Positions 10,773-23,607 of a DNA stretch of 64,000 bases are shown here, piece by piece (positions within the stretch are counted from its first letter, which is position 1; each line of letters starts with the position of its first letter). Position numbers and translations under genes: made by a program. The notes under the pieces were generated by a model that did no database searches, was not told the origin of the DNA, and worked only from the letters and a program-made list of their open reading frames with translations. The stretch covers positions 186,001 to 250,000 of the forward strand of contig JAHDYR010000012.1 of the NCBI GenBank assembly GCA_019828565.1. Direction: 5' to 3'. Source of the DNA: Carpediemonas membranifera BICM. Lineage: Eukaryota; Protista; Fornicata.

Positions 10773-11738
10773 CTAGTTGATCGGCATATACGGCACCGAC
10801 GACTTACGCTTACGTCTCCGCAGCCGGAGCTTCCTGGAGCCCTCATCTCGGTGCCCATCGGTGTCACCAAGGATGCCGTCGCCCTCGATGACGACCTTCT
10901 TTCCCTTGATGATACGAATGAGAAGCTTCTTGAGATAGTCATAATAGAGGATCTCGAGGACGATGATGGTCATCTGAATGGCGCCAAAGAGGTAGGACAG
11001 ATACGACGTCCAGTTCTCCCGGGAGATGACGGCGTAGAAGAACGTGATGACATAGGACCCGGGGGCCGACATCAGCAGCATCGCCAGGGACAGCGACCCG
11101 CTCTGCTTGGCTCTGAATGTCCTCCAGATCTGGGGCGCCCATTGGATGACGCCGCTGATGGCGGATAGAATACCCGAGGCCTTGGCGATGAAGCCGAGCA
11201 CCGAGTCGCATGGGCCCAGCTCGTAGTCAAACACGGATCCTGTGACGACGATAAAGACGCAGGCCAGGATGACAGTGCCGAACAGAGCCAGCTCGCCAAA
11301 GTATGATACTAGGTAGAGTCTGGTGGAGTCTCTTGTGGGGCGTGGGCGGAATACGAAGTACTCTATGAGGATGATGAAGTAAATCATGTAAAGCGACCCC
11401 AGGGAGAATATTGGGATCAGCGAGGACAGACATGCTGGGCCGACCTGGAAGCAGGCGAGGACGCGGGGAAAACCGAGGAGGTAGACGTTGACGAAGCCGC
11501 TGAATTGGTTGAACAGAGCAAACCACAGATGAAGGCTGGAAATGCCAAGCGTCGAACGTTTCATTAGAATCTTGAATACCTGAGGTAGAGCCGTGATGAT
11601 AGTTCCTAGGAACACTACAATCCCCAGCGTTGTGTCGAACCCAGTCATTTTGCGGAGATAGTGCGAATAATCCTCGCCAGAGCCGCATGGGTCTTTGATT
11701 AGTGGAATGTCAAGCGTAAAACCAAACACTTCAACCAT
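10773..11738 (-). CDS. PQ-loop repeat membrane protein
   Basis: Two PQ motifs (ALPQVFKI...STLGIS and WAPQIWRT...SGSLS) and about 7 hydrophobic helices. Confidence 0.85.
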   Translation of the reverse strand: MVEVFGFTLDIPLIKDPCGSGEDYSHYLRKMTGFDTTLGIVVFLGTIITALPQVFKILMKRSTLGISSLHLWFALFNQFSGFVNVYLLGFPRVLACFQVGPACLSSLIPIFSLGSLYMIYFIILIEYFVFRPRPTRDSTRLYLVSYFGELALFGTVILACVFIVVTGSVFDYELGPCDSVLGFIAKASGILSAISGVIQWAPQIWRTFRAKQSGSLSLAMLLMSAPGSYVITFFYAVISRENWTSYLSYLFGAIQMTIIVLEILYYDYLKKLLIRIIKGKKVVIEGDGILGDTDGHRDEGSRKLRLRRRKRKSSVPYMPIN

Positions 11739-11939
11739 ATTAATTCTACTAGTAGTGTGGAAGCCGCTGCTGGCAAGGTGACGGTGGCGCCGCGCGATGC
11801 TTAACCTTAAAATGCCGATACGATATCGGGTGCCAGAACCCTTAATCTCGCCCTCCACCCGCCTCTGGAGCCTCCCCGTCCACAACCGCGCTCCCTACCT
11901 CTTTATATCACAGGCACTCAAACCCACCCCAGTCACCAC

Positions 11940-12866
11940 CTAGGCCTTCTTCTTGGGCTTCTCGGGTTCAAACCCGGGCAGGCCCTCTATAAACGCCGCG
12001 TGCTCCTCCCACGGCATGCCGTCGATGCTCTCCACCGCCTCACCCGTGACACCGTCGACGGCCCCGGCCCCGAGCATGGCCGCGAGAACGGCGACCTGGC
12101 CCTTCACCGCCAGCGACGCGGGCACATCGGGGCCCTTCTTAGCGTTGAGTCGGCGGGTGTGGATGGCGTGGAGGCCCATGGCAATAGCGTAGCAGGCCCA
12201 GTTCGACACCGCGCCCAGGATCAGCGTGTCAGAGGGGGTTGCGCAGGCGATGGTCGCCCCGTTCTCGATGTAGCTCGTCGCCATCCCGAGGAGCTGCCCA
12301 AACCCGAGCTCGTTGCCGCCGTCGCCGACAGAGACAGTCGTCACGCCCTTAGCCCTGAAGATCGGGTCGGGCGGGGGCGTGTGCCACTCTGTGATGTCCT
12401 GGCCCCGCATGGACCGCGCCGTGCCGTCGTTGGCCTGACCCGGCGTCTCGACGGAGAGGACGGCGTCGAACTTTCCTCTGCATGCTGTGTCGATGAGGCT
12501 GTCAGTGATCTCGACTGTCTCCACGGCTGCCCCGGGACATAATGCAAGCATAGCCTTGATGGCGGCGTCGACGACGGGGAAATTGTGGCTCGAGGCCGCG
12601 ACGGTGACCTCGGCGCCAAGAGCATGAAGTGCCTCGGCCACAGGCGCAACGCCAAGGGGCCCATCGGTCTCACATGCACCTGCTTTGGACACGTAGAAGC
12701 CAGTAAGGATCAGGACGCGCTTGGCCTGCGAGAGGACGCCGACACCAGCGGAGAGCTCTCCACGGACGGCGGGGAAGAGCGAATCCATACCCCGGGTGCC
12801 CGGTTTGGACATAAGATATGTTTCAATCGCCTGTATCTGCTCGTGAACGGTGGTCGCTGAGCTCAT
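11940..12866 (-). CDS. DUF4392 / D-glutamate cyclase-like protein
   Basis: Motifs ILTGF..ETDGPLG, VGDGGNELGFG, GAVSNW and GAVDGVTG..IDG. Confidence 0.8.
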   Translation of the reverse strand: MSSATTVHEQIQAIETYLMSKPGTRGMDSLFPAVRGELSAGVGVLSQAKRVLILTGFYVSKAGACETDGPLGVAPVAEALHALGAEVTVAASSHNFPVVDAAIKAMLALCPGAAVETVEITDSLIDTACRGKFDAVLSVETPGQANDGTARSMRGQDITEWHTPPPDPIFRAKGVTTVSVGDGGNELGFGQLLGMATSYIENGATIACATPSDTLILGAVSNWACYAIAMGLHAIHTRRLNAKKGPDVPASLAVKGQVAVLAAMLGAGAVDGVTGEAVESIDGMPWEEHAAFIEGLPGFEPEKPKKKA

Positions 12867-12923
12867 ATGTTCTTGTCCTGTGCCCGACAATTGTTGACCG
12901 AGCCTCGGTCCATGTGCTGCTAT

Positions 12924-13513
12924 TTAGTACTGTGCATCGACACCGCCCATGCCTACCCACTGGCCGTTAGCCTCATCAAAGCGAACGCCTTCGAACGACT
13001 GCTGGCTCGACTGACCCTGAGACCCGCCGGCCCCGAACTCCACAGAGGATTCATCCATTGGCAGCATGGGGCCCATGTACTCGTCCTCGTAGTCCTGTGA
13101 CTGGCTGTTGGAGAACTTCGTGTTGATGACGTTGAAAGGGGCGTCAAAGTGGTTGGCCCGCCGCTTCACGGGGCCAGTGCCGTAACTGGCGCCCTGCTCG
13201 GAGAGGGGGATGGTTCTGGTCTGTGTCGTGGGTCGAAACATCATAGATGTGGACAGATCGGTGCAAGACACACGGGTGCAGGAAGCAACTTGCTTGCGCT
13301 CCGAGACGTAGTCTTGGAATGTCCGGTATCCGTTGGAATGATATGACTCATCGAATCCGACGATTGATGAGCCGCAGGCGAATGACCGGTTGTTCCCGCT
13401 CTGTATTAGGGGCATGAGGTGCAGATGAAACAAACCGCAATCCTACGCGACGAATCAGTGTGCCATGGTACTTGCGCATCGTGATAATGTCTCTGTGCAC
13501 TGAAACCGAACAT
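12924..13513 (-). CDS. Hypothetical protein; two exons (35-nt intron 13401-13435)
   Basis: The exon from ATG 13513 joins ORF 12924..13433 in frame after removing GTTTGT...CTAATACAG. Confidence 0.5.
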
Positions 13514-13684
13514 TATGGATGGCCCGTAGTCGTGTTCGTACGAGTCCGCCGATTGAAAAACTGCCGCCAAAGTCGATACAGTCTATACATGTTATCTCGC
13601 TGATACTATCGACACACAAACGTCCCAAACGCATCTAATAGCCCCCGCGTTCATACTTTGTTATTTATGACAGCTTCCGCCCAC

Positions 13685-15339
13685 TCAAGGGACCCAGCCC
13701 GCCGGCACGCTAGAGTCCAGCGGATTGAAACCCCACACCAGGGGTACCAGCGTGAAAGTCACGAGCAATGTCACCACAAGCCCGAGTATGTTCATCACAA
13801 ACCCGGCGACCATCATGTCGACCATCCGGAGTCGGCCCGACCCGAAAACGATGACGTTGGGCGGAGTTGAGTAGGGGAACATAAATGCGAACGAGCAGGA
13901 TAAGGCACATGGGATCATGACGATGAGGGGGTGGACGTTGATGCCCTGGGCCAGGGAAGCCGTGGCGGGGAGCAGCATGTTGGCCGTGGCGGTGTTGGAC
14001 GAGAACGACGTGATGGTGGCGGAGACAACGGCGATGATGGCGACGAAAACGAAGATCGGCCAGTCCTCGAAGGACTTGAGCCCGTCAGCCATGTACGAGT
14101 CGAGTCCGGAGGCAGTGAAGCCCGCAGCGAGGGCGAACCCGCCACCGAAGAGCAGGACGAGGTCCCAGGGCATGCCGCGCATGGTCTCCCAGTCCATCAG
14201 CATGTCCCGGACCTCCGTCTCGACGCCGTTCTCCCTGCGGGTGACCTTGCGGGTCGACGGGATGCAGAACATGAGACCGCGGCAATGAGGGCGACGGTGC
14301 CGTCCTTGATCTGGTCGCTCTTGTCGCCGCCGGGGAAGATCTCCTTCCAGCCGGGGATCTCGAAGAGGAAGAGGTTGAGCCCGCCGAGCGTCATCCAGCA
14401 AATGGCGAGGACGACGAAAGCGATAGCGACGAGCTTCTCTTCGAGCTTCATATCGCCGAGGGCGCGGTACTGCTGGCGGATGACGGACTTCTCGATGTTG
14501 ATGCTGTTCCTCCATGGGCAGTAGAAAATGGCAAAGAAGGCGTAGCAGATGAAGAAGAAGATCAGCGCCGTGGGCAGGCCGAACACGAACCATTTGGAGA
14601 AGGTCATGACGTTTTCGGCCTGGGGGAACTGCTCGTCGAAGACCTTGAGGAGCACGAGGTTCGGGGGTGTGCCGATGGTCGTGGCGATGCCGCCGATACC
14701 CGCGGCAAATGCAATGCTGAGGAAGAGGCCGACAGAGAACTTCTTGATGCGGGCGGGCTCGACGTCCTCCTCGAGGTTCTCGATGATGGCGAGGGCCGAG
14801 GGCAGCATGGCCATGGCAGTGGCGGTGTTGCTCATCCACATCGAGAGGAACCAGACAGCGAACATCACGCCGAACAGGAGCATGCGGGGCTTGACGCCGA
14901 TGATGCGGACGATGGCGAGTGCGATGCGCTTGTGGAGGCCCCACTTCTGCATGGCGAGCGCCATGACGAAGCCACCGATGAAGACGAAGATCGTGTCCGA
15001 GAAGTACTTGGTGGCGATGGTCTTGGCGCTGACGACGTCCAGGATCGGCAGGAGGATGGCGGGGAGCAGCGCGGTGATTGGGAGGGGCAGGACCTCGAAA
15101 ACCCAGCAGCAGGCACAGACACCGGCAACAGCGGCACAATGGAACTCCGCACGACGACCTTCGACCTGCCAGGCTAGGACGAGGCCGAGAATTAGGGCTG
15201 AAACGGCTGTGTAGAGGCCGATTGCCCGCTTTTGGAGGGCAAACCGGAGGTAAGGGCGCGAGCCCCGAGAAACTGCCCATATAACACGAAGAGATGCTCT
15301 AATTGACCTTGCTACCTCATCTTGGGATGGAATTCTCAT
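13685..15339 (-). CDS. SLC13/DASS-family Na+/dicarboxylate-sulfate symporter with one frameshift near 14276 (sequencing error or pseudogene)
   Basis: The N-half (LSMWMSNTAT, IGTPPN) and C-half (PWDLVLLFGGGFALA, SNTATAN, STPPNVIV) are in different frames. One base appears to be missing at GCG GT^CTC ATG, and there is no intron signal. Confidence 0.85.
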
Positions 15340-16443
15340 TGTGTCGACAGATGCCACTCCGATTGTGAAAATCCTTCAGATCCCGAATGGTCCCCGTGAA
15401 TCTCGTTGACGGAGTCAGTGAGGCGAAATTGAAGGGTGGTCAGGGGCGATGTGGTGGCTGTGGCGGATTATTAGCCGGTGATGTTGAATAGTTGGTTTGG
15501 ACTCAATACAGGGGGGAATCACGGCGCGATGAGATGTTGATCACACAGTAGGGGGAAGAAAAGAAAACTACTGCATATAAATGTATCAATGACGAAATTC
15601 GGGCGTTCCAGATGGAGAAAAACTCGAGAAACAAACTGGACAGGCATATGAGTGCAACAGCTGCGGATATGGTAATATGGAAGGAACATAATGCATGCTT
15701 ATAGTATGCACGCTCAATTTCACTGTAAGGCAACCAAAAGCTGCAGTATCAACGTTACTGGCTTCGTGTGCATTTCTGCGCAGTTTAAGATTTCGCAGTT
15801 TAACCAAAAACCGGTTATCTCAACGTATGAAGCATGTACAACACAAAAACTATGACGAAGGCCGCTGTTTGGCTGCCCCTATGGAGATCCAACCTTCTGA
15901 GCTCACGTGCAATGGAGCTCATTTCTGTGAAACAGAACTGCAACACCGTCCACAGTGAGCTCCAGAGGTGAATCGGTGCGAAGAATGAGGTCCGGGGACT
16001 TGCACTCCAATTGCAACACTGCAATGTTCGAACTATTAGGACACTGGTGAATGTGTAAACCCAACCCTTGTGCGAAGGCCAACGACCCTGATTAACAGAG
16101 ACCCAACTCGCCTGTCACACAGTCATCACCAGTTTTGCAGATGAGGATATCAGCAAGTTCAGTTCGATCAGGCAGTCTCTGGCTGCGATTGGACACTACA
16201 TAGTTCCCGGCCGATGTGGTGATGCAGCACGAAGAATTTACGATCGACCTGACAGTTATCGGATCAGGCCTTCTTCTTCTCACCCGACACAGCCAGTCGC
16301 CCCCAATCTCGCCAAGCGCTAGTCCGTCACACGCACGGGACTAGGCCAAGCTGTTCTTGCCTCTTGTTCACCGTGCTGGCTTTCCGATTTCTCTCTTGTT
16401 CAGCATCTGAAGAACTATCAGTTGATACCGCGATTTACTTTGC

Positions 16444-19400
16444 TCATGTATAATGGCTGGGGGCCGTAAACACTGTCTCGATAGCGTCCAGCTCCCGCCG
16501 TGTGAAGCACTGCCGCTCCTCCTGCCAGTGTTCAGCGTGCGACCGCTTGTATGCAGACAGCGCGTTCTCGGCAAGCTTGCCCGCCTCCTCGCTGCCCCGG
16601 CCCGCGTCACACAGAAGCATGACAGTCGCTGGGAGCCACGTAGCCGCGTGATACGGACAGCAGCGGATGATGGCGTCGAGCCCCTTGACACGGGCGGTCG
16701 GTTCCTCGATCTTGGCGATCGTATCTCTGACGGCGAGGATCTCGGCGGCGGTCATGTCGAAGACGAGCATCTCGAGGACGATAGCCGCGTGCGTGCTGAC
16801 CTCTGGCTGGCGGTCGGTGAGGCACGAGAGCGTCATGTCGAGCAGCATGCGGCCGATTTCGTCGCCCAGCTCGAACTTGATGCTGGCCCGCTTGATGTTC
16901 ATGATGGCCGTGAGCACCGCAACCCGGGACCTCCAGTGGCGGGCGGTCTGGGCGATCGCAGCGAGGGCTCTGATCACAGCGGGCTTGTCCTCGGACAGGG
17001 TGATGAACTTGGACACGATGATCGTGGCGATCGAGTCAACCGTCGTCGCCACGATTGCCACGGCACAGAGATCGACCGCGTGGGCGGCAGCTGCAGGGCC
17101 CGCAGCGTACATGGCGACCCTGAGGAGGGACTGGATGCGGCCCTGGAGGGCGAGGCCCTCGGGGGACGTCACGGCGTAGTCGTCGCGGGTCTGGTCCCAC
17201 TCCTGGAACGCGGCGATGACCTCGGCCATGACCTCGCCCGCTGTGCCGCTGAGGGGCACGTCGCGGCGAATGGCACCGTCTTCGCCCTCCACGCCCATCT
17301 GGAGCAGGAGGGTGCCCAGCATGGCGGCCCTTGTCTCTCTCAGACTCTTGCCCGCGGTGTTGCAGAGCACGGTGTCGGCTGCAGGACGCAGCAGGTGATG
17401 GATCCAGGGCCTGGCGCGGGTCTCAAGAGCGATGAGCATTGAGCGGGCGACGGCATGGCGGGCGGCCTCGTCCACCTCCCTGAGGTTCCCCGGGTAGAGC
17501 CAGGCAGGGTCAAGGAAGTGGTCGACGACTCCCTTGACGCGGCGGGGGTCGGAGTTTCCAATGTACGGCCACAGGTGGTTGGCCCAGACGTCGGCCACAC
17601 TGGGGCAGGCGGCGAGGGAGCTGTCGATGAGCGAGCAGACGTGGGCGTTGACTGCGAACGAGTCGGGCGAGTGCTTCATGCCGAGCAGCGTGGCCATGAC
17701 CACCTCCATACCGACAAACTGGCAGTGCTGCTTCTCACTGAGGAGACACGGCTTGGCGGCCTCAAGGAATGCCATGGCCGCAGTAGCCCCGCCGACCTGG
17801 GTCAGCATGTGCAGCACCTTAACCCGCACGGCGCTAGGCCCGCCCTCGGTCGAGTCGGGGGCGATGTCCTTGTCGAGAGCACGCTTCACGATGACAGGGA
17901 GGACCTTGGTGGCGACGGCGGTGATGACCTCGGCGAACGAGTCCGCGGTCATGACGGGGCCGTGGATGTCGGTGCAGTCGGCAGTCACCCCGAGGGGCAT
18001 GGGTGCGGCGGGGCGGGTGTAGTCGTGGACGGCATCCCAGGGCGATGGGCCCTTGGCGGAGACGCCGTCGATGAACGCCGTCTGCCGCCACGTCTCCTCG
18101 TCCTCCTTAAACTGCTCGATGAGCACTGTCCATTGGTCCGCGGAGATGCGGCGGCCGTACGACTCGGGCCAGACGCCGCCGACGCCGAGGGGCAGTCCGA
18201 AGCCGTGGATTCCGGTCGCACGGCGGCTGGAGTCCTGGCCGAGGCGGGGGTAGACTGGCCTGAGCGCTTGGGCGATCACAGACAGCCGGGCGAAGGTGAC
18301 CTGCTCGGTGAGGGGGTCCTCGTCCGTCATGCGGGCAATCATGGCCACCGCCAGCCCCACGGGGATCGGGCGGCCATCGCCGGGTAGGCTGTAGGTGAAC
18401 GCACCGTCGAGGTTGACCGCCTGCCTGCTGGTGTCTGGGCCCATCTTCTCGATCGACTGGCAGAGCAGGTCGAACACGGCCTGCGACCTCGCCCTGTTCC
18501 TCTCAGTGATGAAGGCCTGGGCGATCTCGATGTCCGCGGCCGGAACTGCCAGGATGCCGCGGATCAGCGCACCGTCCTGGTACACGGTTGAATTCCGCAT
18601 TTTAAGGCTAGGGTCCGGGAGTTTGAGCATCTGACCTGTCGTCGTCGTCGCCTGGAGCACGGAGTCCGCCATGTTGCCGCACTGCTGGACCTTGTCGTTG
18701 TCCTCGAACACCGCCTTCGCCTTCATGTACCTCATCATGAGGGGCCCGACGTGATCGATCGTCTCCCGCATCGTGTCAGCCCCGCAGAGCAGATACAGTG
18801 CCCCCACGGTCCTGCCGGCCTCGGCATTGTGGTCCAGCACCGTTCCGCTCTCGAGGAACGGCTTGGCGTCCTCCTCCAGCAGCTCTACGGCCCGGCGCCG
18901 CATAAACCTCGAGAGATGGGGGTCTGCCTGCGTCATATTGTCGAAGACGGTCGCTGCGACCGCATGGACGTCTGAGTAGCGCGACCTCTGGCTCTGGACG
19001 ATCGCCTCGAGGGCCCGGAGCGTTGTCGAGCCGTCACCGAGGTCCAGGGCGACATGAGTACCGCGGACAGTATGCCTTGCCGCAGCCCTGAGACAGGCTG
19101 TGTACCTGCTGACGACTGCCTCGTTCCTGGTGGCGTCGGACTTCATCATGGCGCGGGACTTGACTGTGTTGACATCGCCAGAGACCTTGTCGAAATCCAC
19201 ACGGCCAGCAAGGATGGTAGCGGCGAGGAGCTTGATGCTCCGCTTCAGCTGCTTCGTGTCGTCAGGCCGGGTCGCCCTGATGTGCTCGTTGGCCTTGATC
19301 AGCTCGTCCAGCAGCCGATCGGTGTCCCACTCGTCGTCAGCATGCTCCCGCTCCCGTTTGGTCTCGTCGTCGGCCTTCAGCTCGCCTCGACGGCCACACA

Positions 19401-21981
19401 GCACAGTAGTGCGGCAGAAGGGCGCGTGGGCGATCGTGGGCCTCGGGAATCCAGCGTGGCGGGCCCCAGGGGGCGAAGGCCACACCAGCCGGGCCATCTT
19501 GGCCATGATCCGGAGGGCGTACAGCGCCTTGTTGGCCCCCTCGACGTCTGTCTGGGCAGTGAATTGGGTGCCGATGGCCGCAAGTGCGACGAACACGCGA
19601 CTGCTGGAGTCGAAGTCGGAGTCAGTGGGGCAGCGCCACGCGATATTGACCTGCTTGGTGGCCGGCGGGGCGTCGGGGGTGATCTTAGAGCAGGATACGC
19701 CCCATGCGAGGGGATGATCGGGCCTGGCGGCGAAGGCTGGGTCGATTGAGAGCCAGTTCGTGACGACGAGGGCGCACTGGCCAGACATGAACGCCCGAGC
19801 CGTCTTGGCCAAGGACCGCAGCGTCTTAGTCGGCATCTCTTCCCACTTGGCGAGCAGGCTGATGAGCCCGGCCTCGAGCTTATCGGCGAACCCGCCCTCC
19901 GTTACGGTGACGCATGCAGCGGACAGCATGCCGAGGTACCAGGTGGTCTTGCCGTTGAACTTGTGGGGGGTCGTGCAGGCATCGTCCTTCCACAACTTGG
20001 GCTGGCATATCGCCCAGACGCGAGTCCACAGGGTACCGGGGTCGACCCGGGCGCATGAGACGATTGAGTTGAGCATGCCTGCGAAAGACCTTGAGTCGGG
20101 GGTCCTGAACCGCGCGATCGTGGCAGAGATGAACTCCTGCTGCAGCTCTGGGCCGCAGCTGTGGAGCAAGGCCTGCAGCGTGGCCCGGTGGAAGTGGACG
20201 AGCCCGGCCTCCTTCGTCAGGCTCTCCGTCTTGTCGAGCAGCGTGTGGAACAGCGCCCTGCCCCAGTCCGTGAGGTAGTCGCACAGCATGCTGACGGCCT
20301 CGGGGTCCTGGGTCAGCCCCGCCGTCCAGGCCCGCTCCCATGTCGTCTGGGGGGAGGCGGGCAGGGTGCAGTGGCCGATGGTGATCGTGAACAGCACCTC
20401 CCGGAGCGCGTTGAGTGCCGTACCCGTCTTCTCAGGGTCGTTCGGGTCAATGGCGAGCAGCAGCTGGTCGAGGACCGGCGGGAGCAGCGCGGGCAGCATC
20501 GGGACGCGGCGGAGGTCGACTACGACGTCGATGAGGTCAGTGAGCATGACCAGGGCTGCGTTGCACATGGCAGAGTCCTCCTGGTTGGCGAGGTCGTCGC
20601 TGATCGTCACCAGGGCGAGGGGGATCACCTCAAGCGGCCTCAGCTGGCACAGGTCGCGGAGGGCGAGACGGCAGGAGGCGGCGATGTCCTCGTCGTCGAA
20701 ATGGGCCCCGCGGATGACGATGGGCGCCATTGCTGCGACGACCTTACCGACCACGCCGGGGCCCATGGGGGCGACGGCCGGCCGGTACTTCGGTCTCTGG
20801 GACGCGCGGCAGTAGCGGAGACACAGGGCGCGGGCGATGCCCGTGAGGAGGGTGGCTGCGTTGGAAATGCCGCGATCGGGGCGCTGCCTCGGGAAAAACA
20901 CCGGTGCGAACCCCCGCAGGAGCCGAAGTACCGTATCCACGCCGCCCGGGGTGTCGAGCACGCCGTACACGATGAACCGGGACAGGCTCTCGAGCTGGTG
21001 GATGTACCCACCCATCACGGCGCAAAGGATGCGGCTCACGGCGAATGGGGCGGGGGCCCGGGGCGTCTTGAGGTCGGAGCCGCGGTCCTGGACGACTGGG
21101 GCGAACCTGGCCATGACCTTGGGCACGGCGTCGGTCCAGTCCATGCCGGGGACGTTGGCGGCGATGTCTGCGATGAGTCGGATTGCTGGGAGGCCCAGTC
21201 GACGGACGTACGGCAGGGCGACGAGGGTCTCGACGATCTCCGTGTACACAGGCAGCAGGGTTGGGTGCACCAGGGCATGCAGCTCGCGGGAGGTCATGCG
21301 GTCGACGTCCTGGGCGACGGTCTTGTCGAGACCTTGCTCCTTGCAGTAACGGGCCAGGTTGGTCCTAGTAAACTTCACCGGGGCGAACATGGCGAGGAGT
21401 ACGGCGCCCAGGGCGGAGTCCGGGTGTCCAGGGACGAGGAGGGGCCGGCAGTAGTCCAGGATCTCCCCTAGCGCTCTCGGGGAAAAGAACTTGCGGGCCT
21501 TGGGAATAAAGGCCTGGTGGGCGAGCGAGAAGCCGACCATGGCGGCGTCCGACACCGTGTGGTAGCTCGAGTGGTACACGGAGTGACTGTACTCCAACAG
21601 TGGCCGCCAGTCCAGCTGGATCGGGAGCGGGGGGCGGCGGGTCATGATGTGGGCCGTGTTGTGCCACAGTTCGCCGGCTGTCTCGGGAGGGAGAAAGCCG
21701 TCGCCCGCGGCCTGGATGGCAAGCGTGACGAAGCGCACTGCTTGCGCCTCAGTCATGTTCTGCCGGATGTTGCACACAGCGGGTAGGCGGTTGCACCAGT
21801 CCTCTATACAATCCCAATCGCGGGTTGCAAGCGCAGTTTCGAGCGTGTTGAGGTGCTGCGTCGCCAGGCGCTGCTTTTCTTCCTTCAGGCGGTCTTTGTA
21901 GGCCGGAGGAGCGAGATCATTCCAATTTAGCTTTGTAAACGATGATTGGGCATATCAACAAACCTTGTCGCGAATTGGCAT
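16444..21981 (-). CDS. PSME4: Proteasome activator PA200/Blm10; short first exon (33-nt intron 21931-21963)
   Basis: About 1830-aa HEAT-rich protein with LDWRPL near the N-terminus. The C-terminus PY..ATWLP...YKRSH..HW...FT..EL ends in an HbYX-like HYT. The frame stays open upstream to the intron GTTTGT...TTTACAAAG and ATG 21981. Confidence 0.85.
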
Positions 21982-22437
21982 CGGAGATCTGGCTCGTGAA
22001 AGGAAAGTGCAGAATAAGGTCACACCCACTGATGCATTCAAATCGACTGGGTGAGGTTCCGCACGAGTTACGCACTCTATGCTGAAGATGAGGTCAAGCC
22101 GAAGACCCTCTTCAAGTGCATCGACGCGAAAGTGAGAACAAGTATCAAGGACGCATACCAGGGCTCTGGAGGACGACGAAAGATTTATACTGCGCAACAC
22201 TGCCCTGTCTCCCTCCTACTCACGTCTTAAGTCGGTAGGGAGATCGTCTAACGTCGATGCGAGCATGCCTGTTCGAAAGCGAGCTAAAGCAACAACGCCA
22301 TCAGTGTTCAGAATCACCAACACAAGGTTCATTCCGGTTGAAAACCCGCCTGTTACGCAGAACTCCCATGCCTCTTCGTCCGACCCTTTGCCGACCAGCA
22401 TCACCAATCAACCACGCCAGGAACTTTACAACCCCCC

Positions 22438-23436
22438 TCATTCCCTGATGGCGTCAAACAAGGCAGGCGTCACCCGCCTCCGCTCCGGCGCGGCCTTCTC
22501 CGGCACGAGCCACTCCCCCTCGAGTAGTCCGTGGATGGCGGCGCTGTCCCCCTCAGCGTCCACCCCGGAGAGAGTGATACAGTAGTGGCCCAGCAGCAGG
22601 TTCCACTCCTCGTACTCGTCCAGAAACTCGAGGTGGGCCAGCCGACGCCGCTCGGCCTCGGGGATGACCTCGTCGTACACGTTCAGCATCGTGCGGCCGA
22701 CGGAGGGGAAGCCCAGGCGGGTGTAGCGGGCGGTAAGGGCCTCAATCGTCGGGGCACCGACAACACCGGGCATGTGAATGTTCTTGAACCGACGCAGGTT
22801 GGCCAGCATAGCCTCGCCATACCGGTCGAGCGGGTTGACCGGGTCATACGTCATCAGGGCCCGAGTCCCGGTGAATCGCTCGGCAAGACCACTGAGGAGA
22901 GCATCTGTCGCATCAATGGGGAGGTAGGCGAAGAGGCACTCGGCGATGAAGAGGGTGGGAAGGGCCGGGTCGACGGTGGCGGCTAGGAGGGCTGGGGCGT
23001 CGGGGTCAAGTAGGTCGACGCTGACTATTTCGTAGACGCTGGGGTCAACCACGCCGACGAATTGACGGCGGCGGGCCATCAAAGCAGTCTTGGTGTTCAC
23101 TGTGGAAGGAAGGTCGACCTCTACGTAGCGGCGCATCGGGGCATTGGCCTCTGCAAGACGGAATGCGAGCGTGTCGAAGCCTGCGCCGAGAGAAATGATC
23201 TGGCTGTCTGGGAACGTTGCAATAAATCGCCGCACGGCCTGCTCAAAGGCGTATACACGTGCAGTGTATCCTCTTTTCATGAGAATGGAGTGCTGTGGGA
23301 CCATACTGGACGAAAAGGCCTGAATGAAGCGATCGTCGTAGTATCCGGCCTGTACACAAGCGATCTTGCCGTTAAGTGCATCCATGGCTGTGCTCTGGAT
23401 CACGGATTGGGCGCTGCACTCCATGTCCTGGGTCAT
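22438..23436 (-). CDS. LCMT1: Leucine carboxyl methyltransferase (PP2A methyltransferase, PPM1)
   Basis: Motifs IQSTAMDA..K, GYYDD, RGYTARV, QIISLGAGFDT, IAECLFAYL and LEFLDEYEEW.LLLGHYC. Confidence 0.92.
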   Translation of the reverse strand: MTQDMECSAQSVIQSTAMDALNGKIACVQAGYYDDRFIQAFSSSMVPQHSILMKRGYTARVYAFEQAVRRFIATFPDSQIISLGAGFDTLAFRLAEANAPMRRYVEVDLPSTVNTKTALMARRRQFVGVVDPSVYEIVSVDLLDPDAPALLAATVDPALPTLFIAECLFAYLPIDATDALLSGLAERFTGTRALMTYDPVNPLDRYGEAMLANLRRFKNIHMPGVVGAPTIEALTARYTRLGFPSVGRTMLNVYDEVIPEAERRRLAHLEFLDEYEEWNLLLGHYCITLSGVDAEGDSAAIHGLLEGEWLVPEKAAPERRRVTPALFDAIRE

Positions 23437-23607
23437 TGATCAATTGAACTGGTGAACTCGGCAAGACTGCACGACGATCAGCACACCTTGAGAATGCATG
23501 GCTATTGTAGCTTGTTCTCTACATCATATCCCAGTCGCGCCGACCCCGCTGCCCGCCTCAAGCCTCTCCCGATCAACCCGGAAAGCATATCCGCATTTTA
23601 TTACCAC

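Noticed and set aside
13685-15280. 531-aa ORF as a gene in its own right
   Set aside because: Its N-terminal two-thirds is an off-frame, Arg/Pro-rich reading of the SLC13 gene; only the part after about 14276 is real.
15400-16440. Gene-poor, more AT-rich kilobase with short ORFs
   Set aside because: May be a decayed gene or element, but no motif, repeat or structure could be supported.
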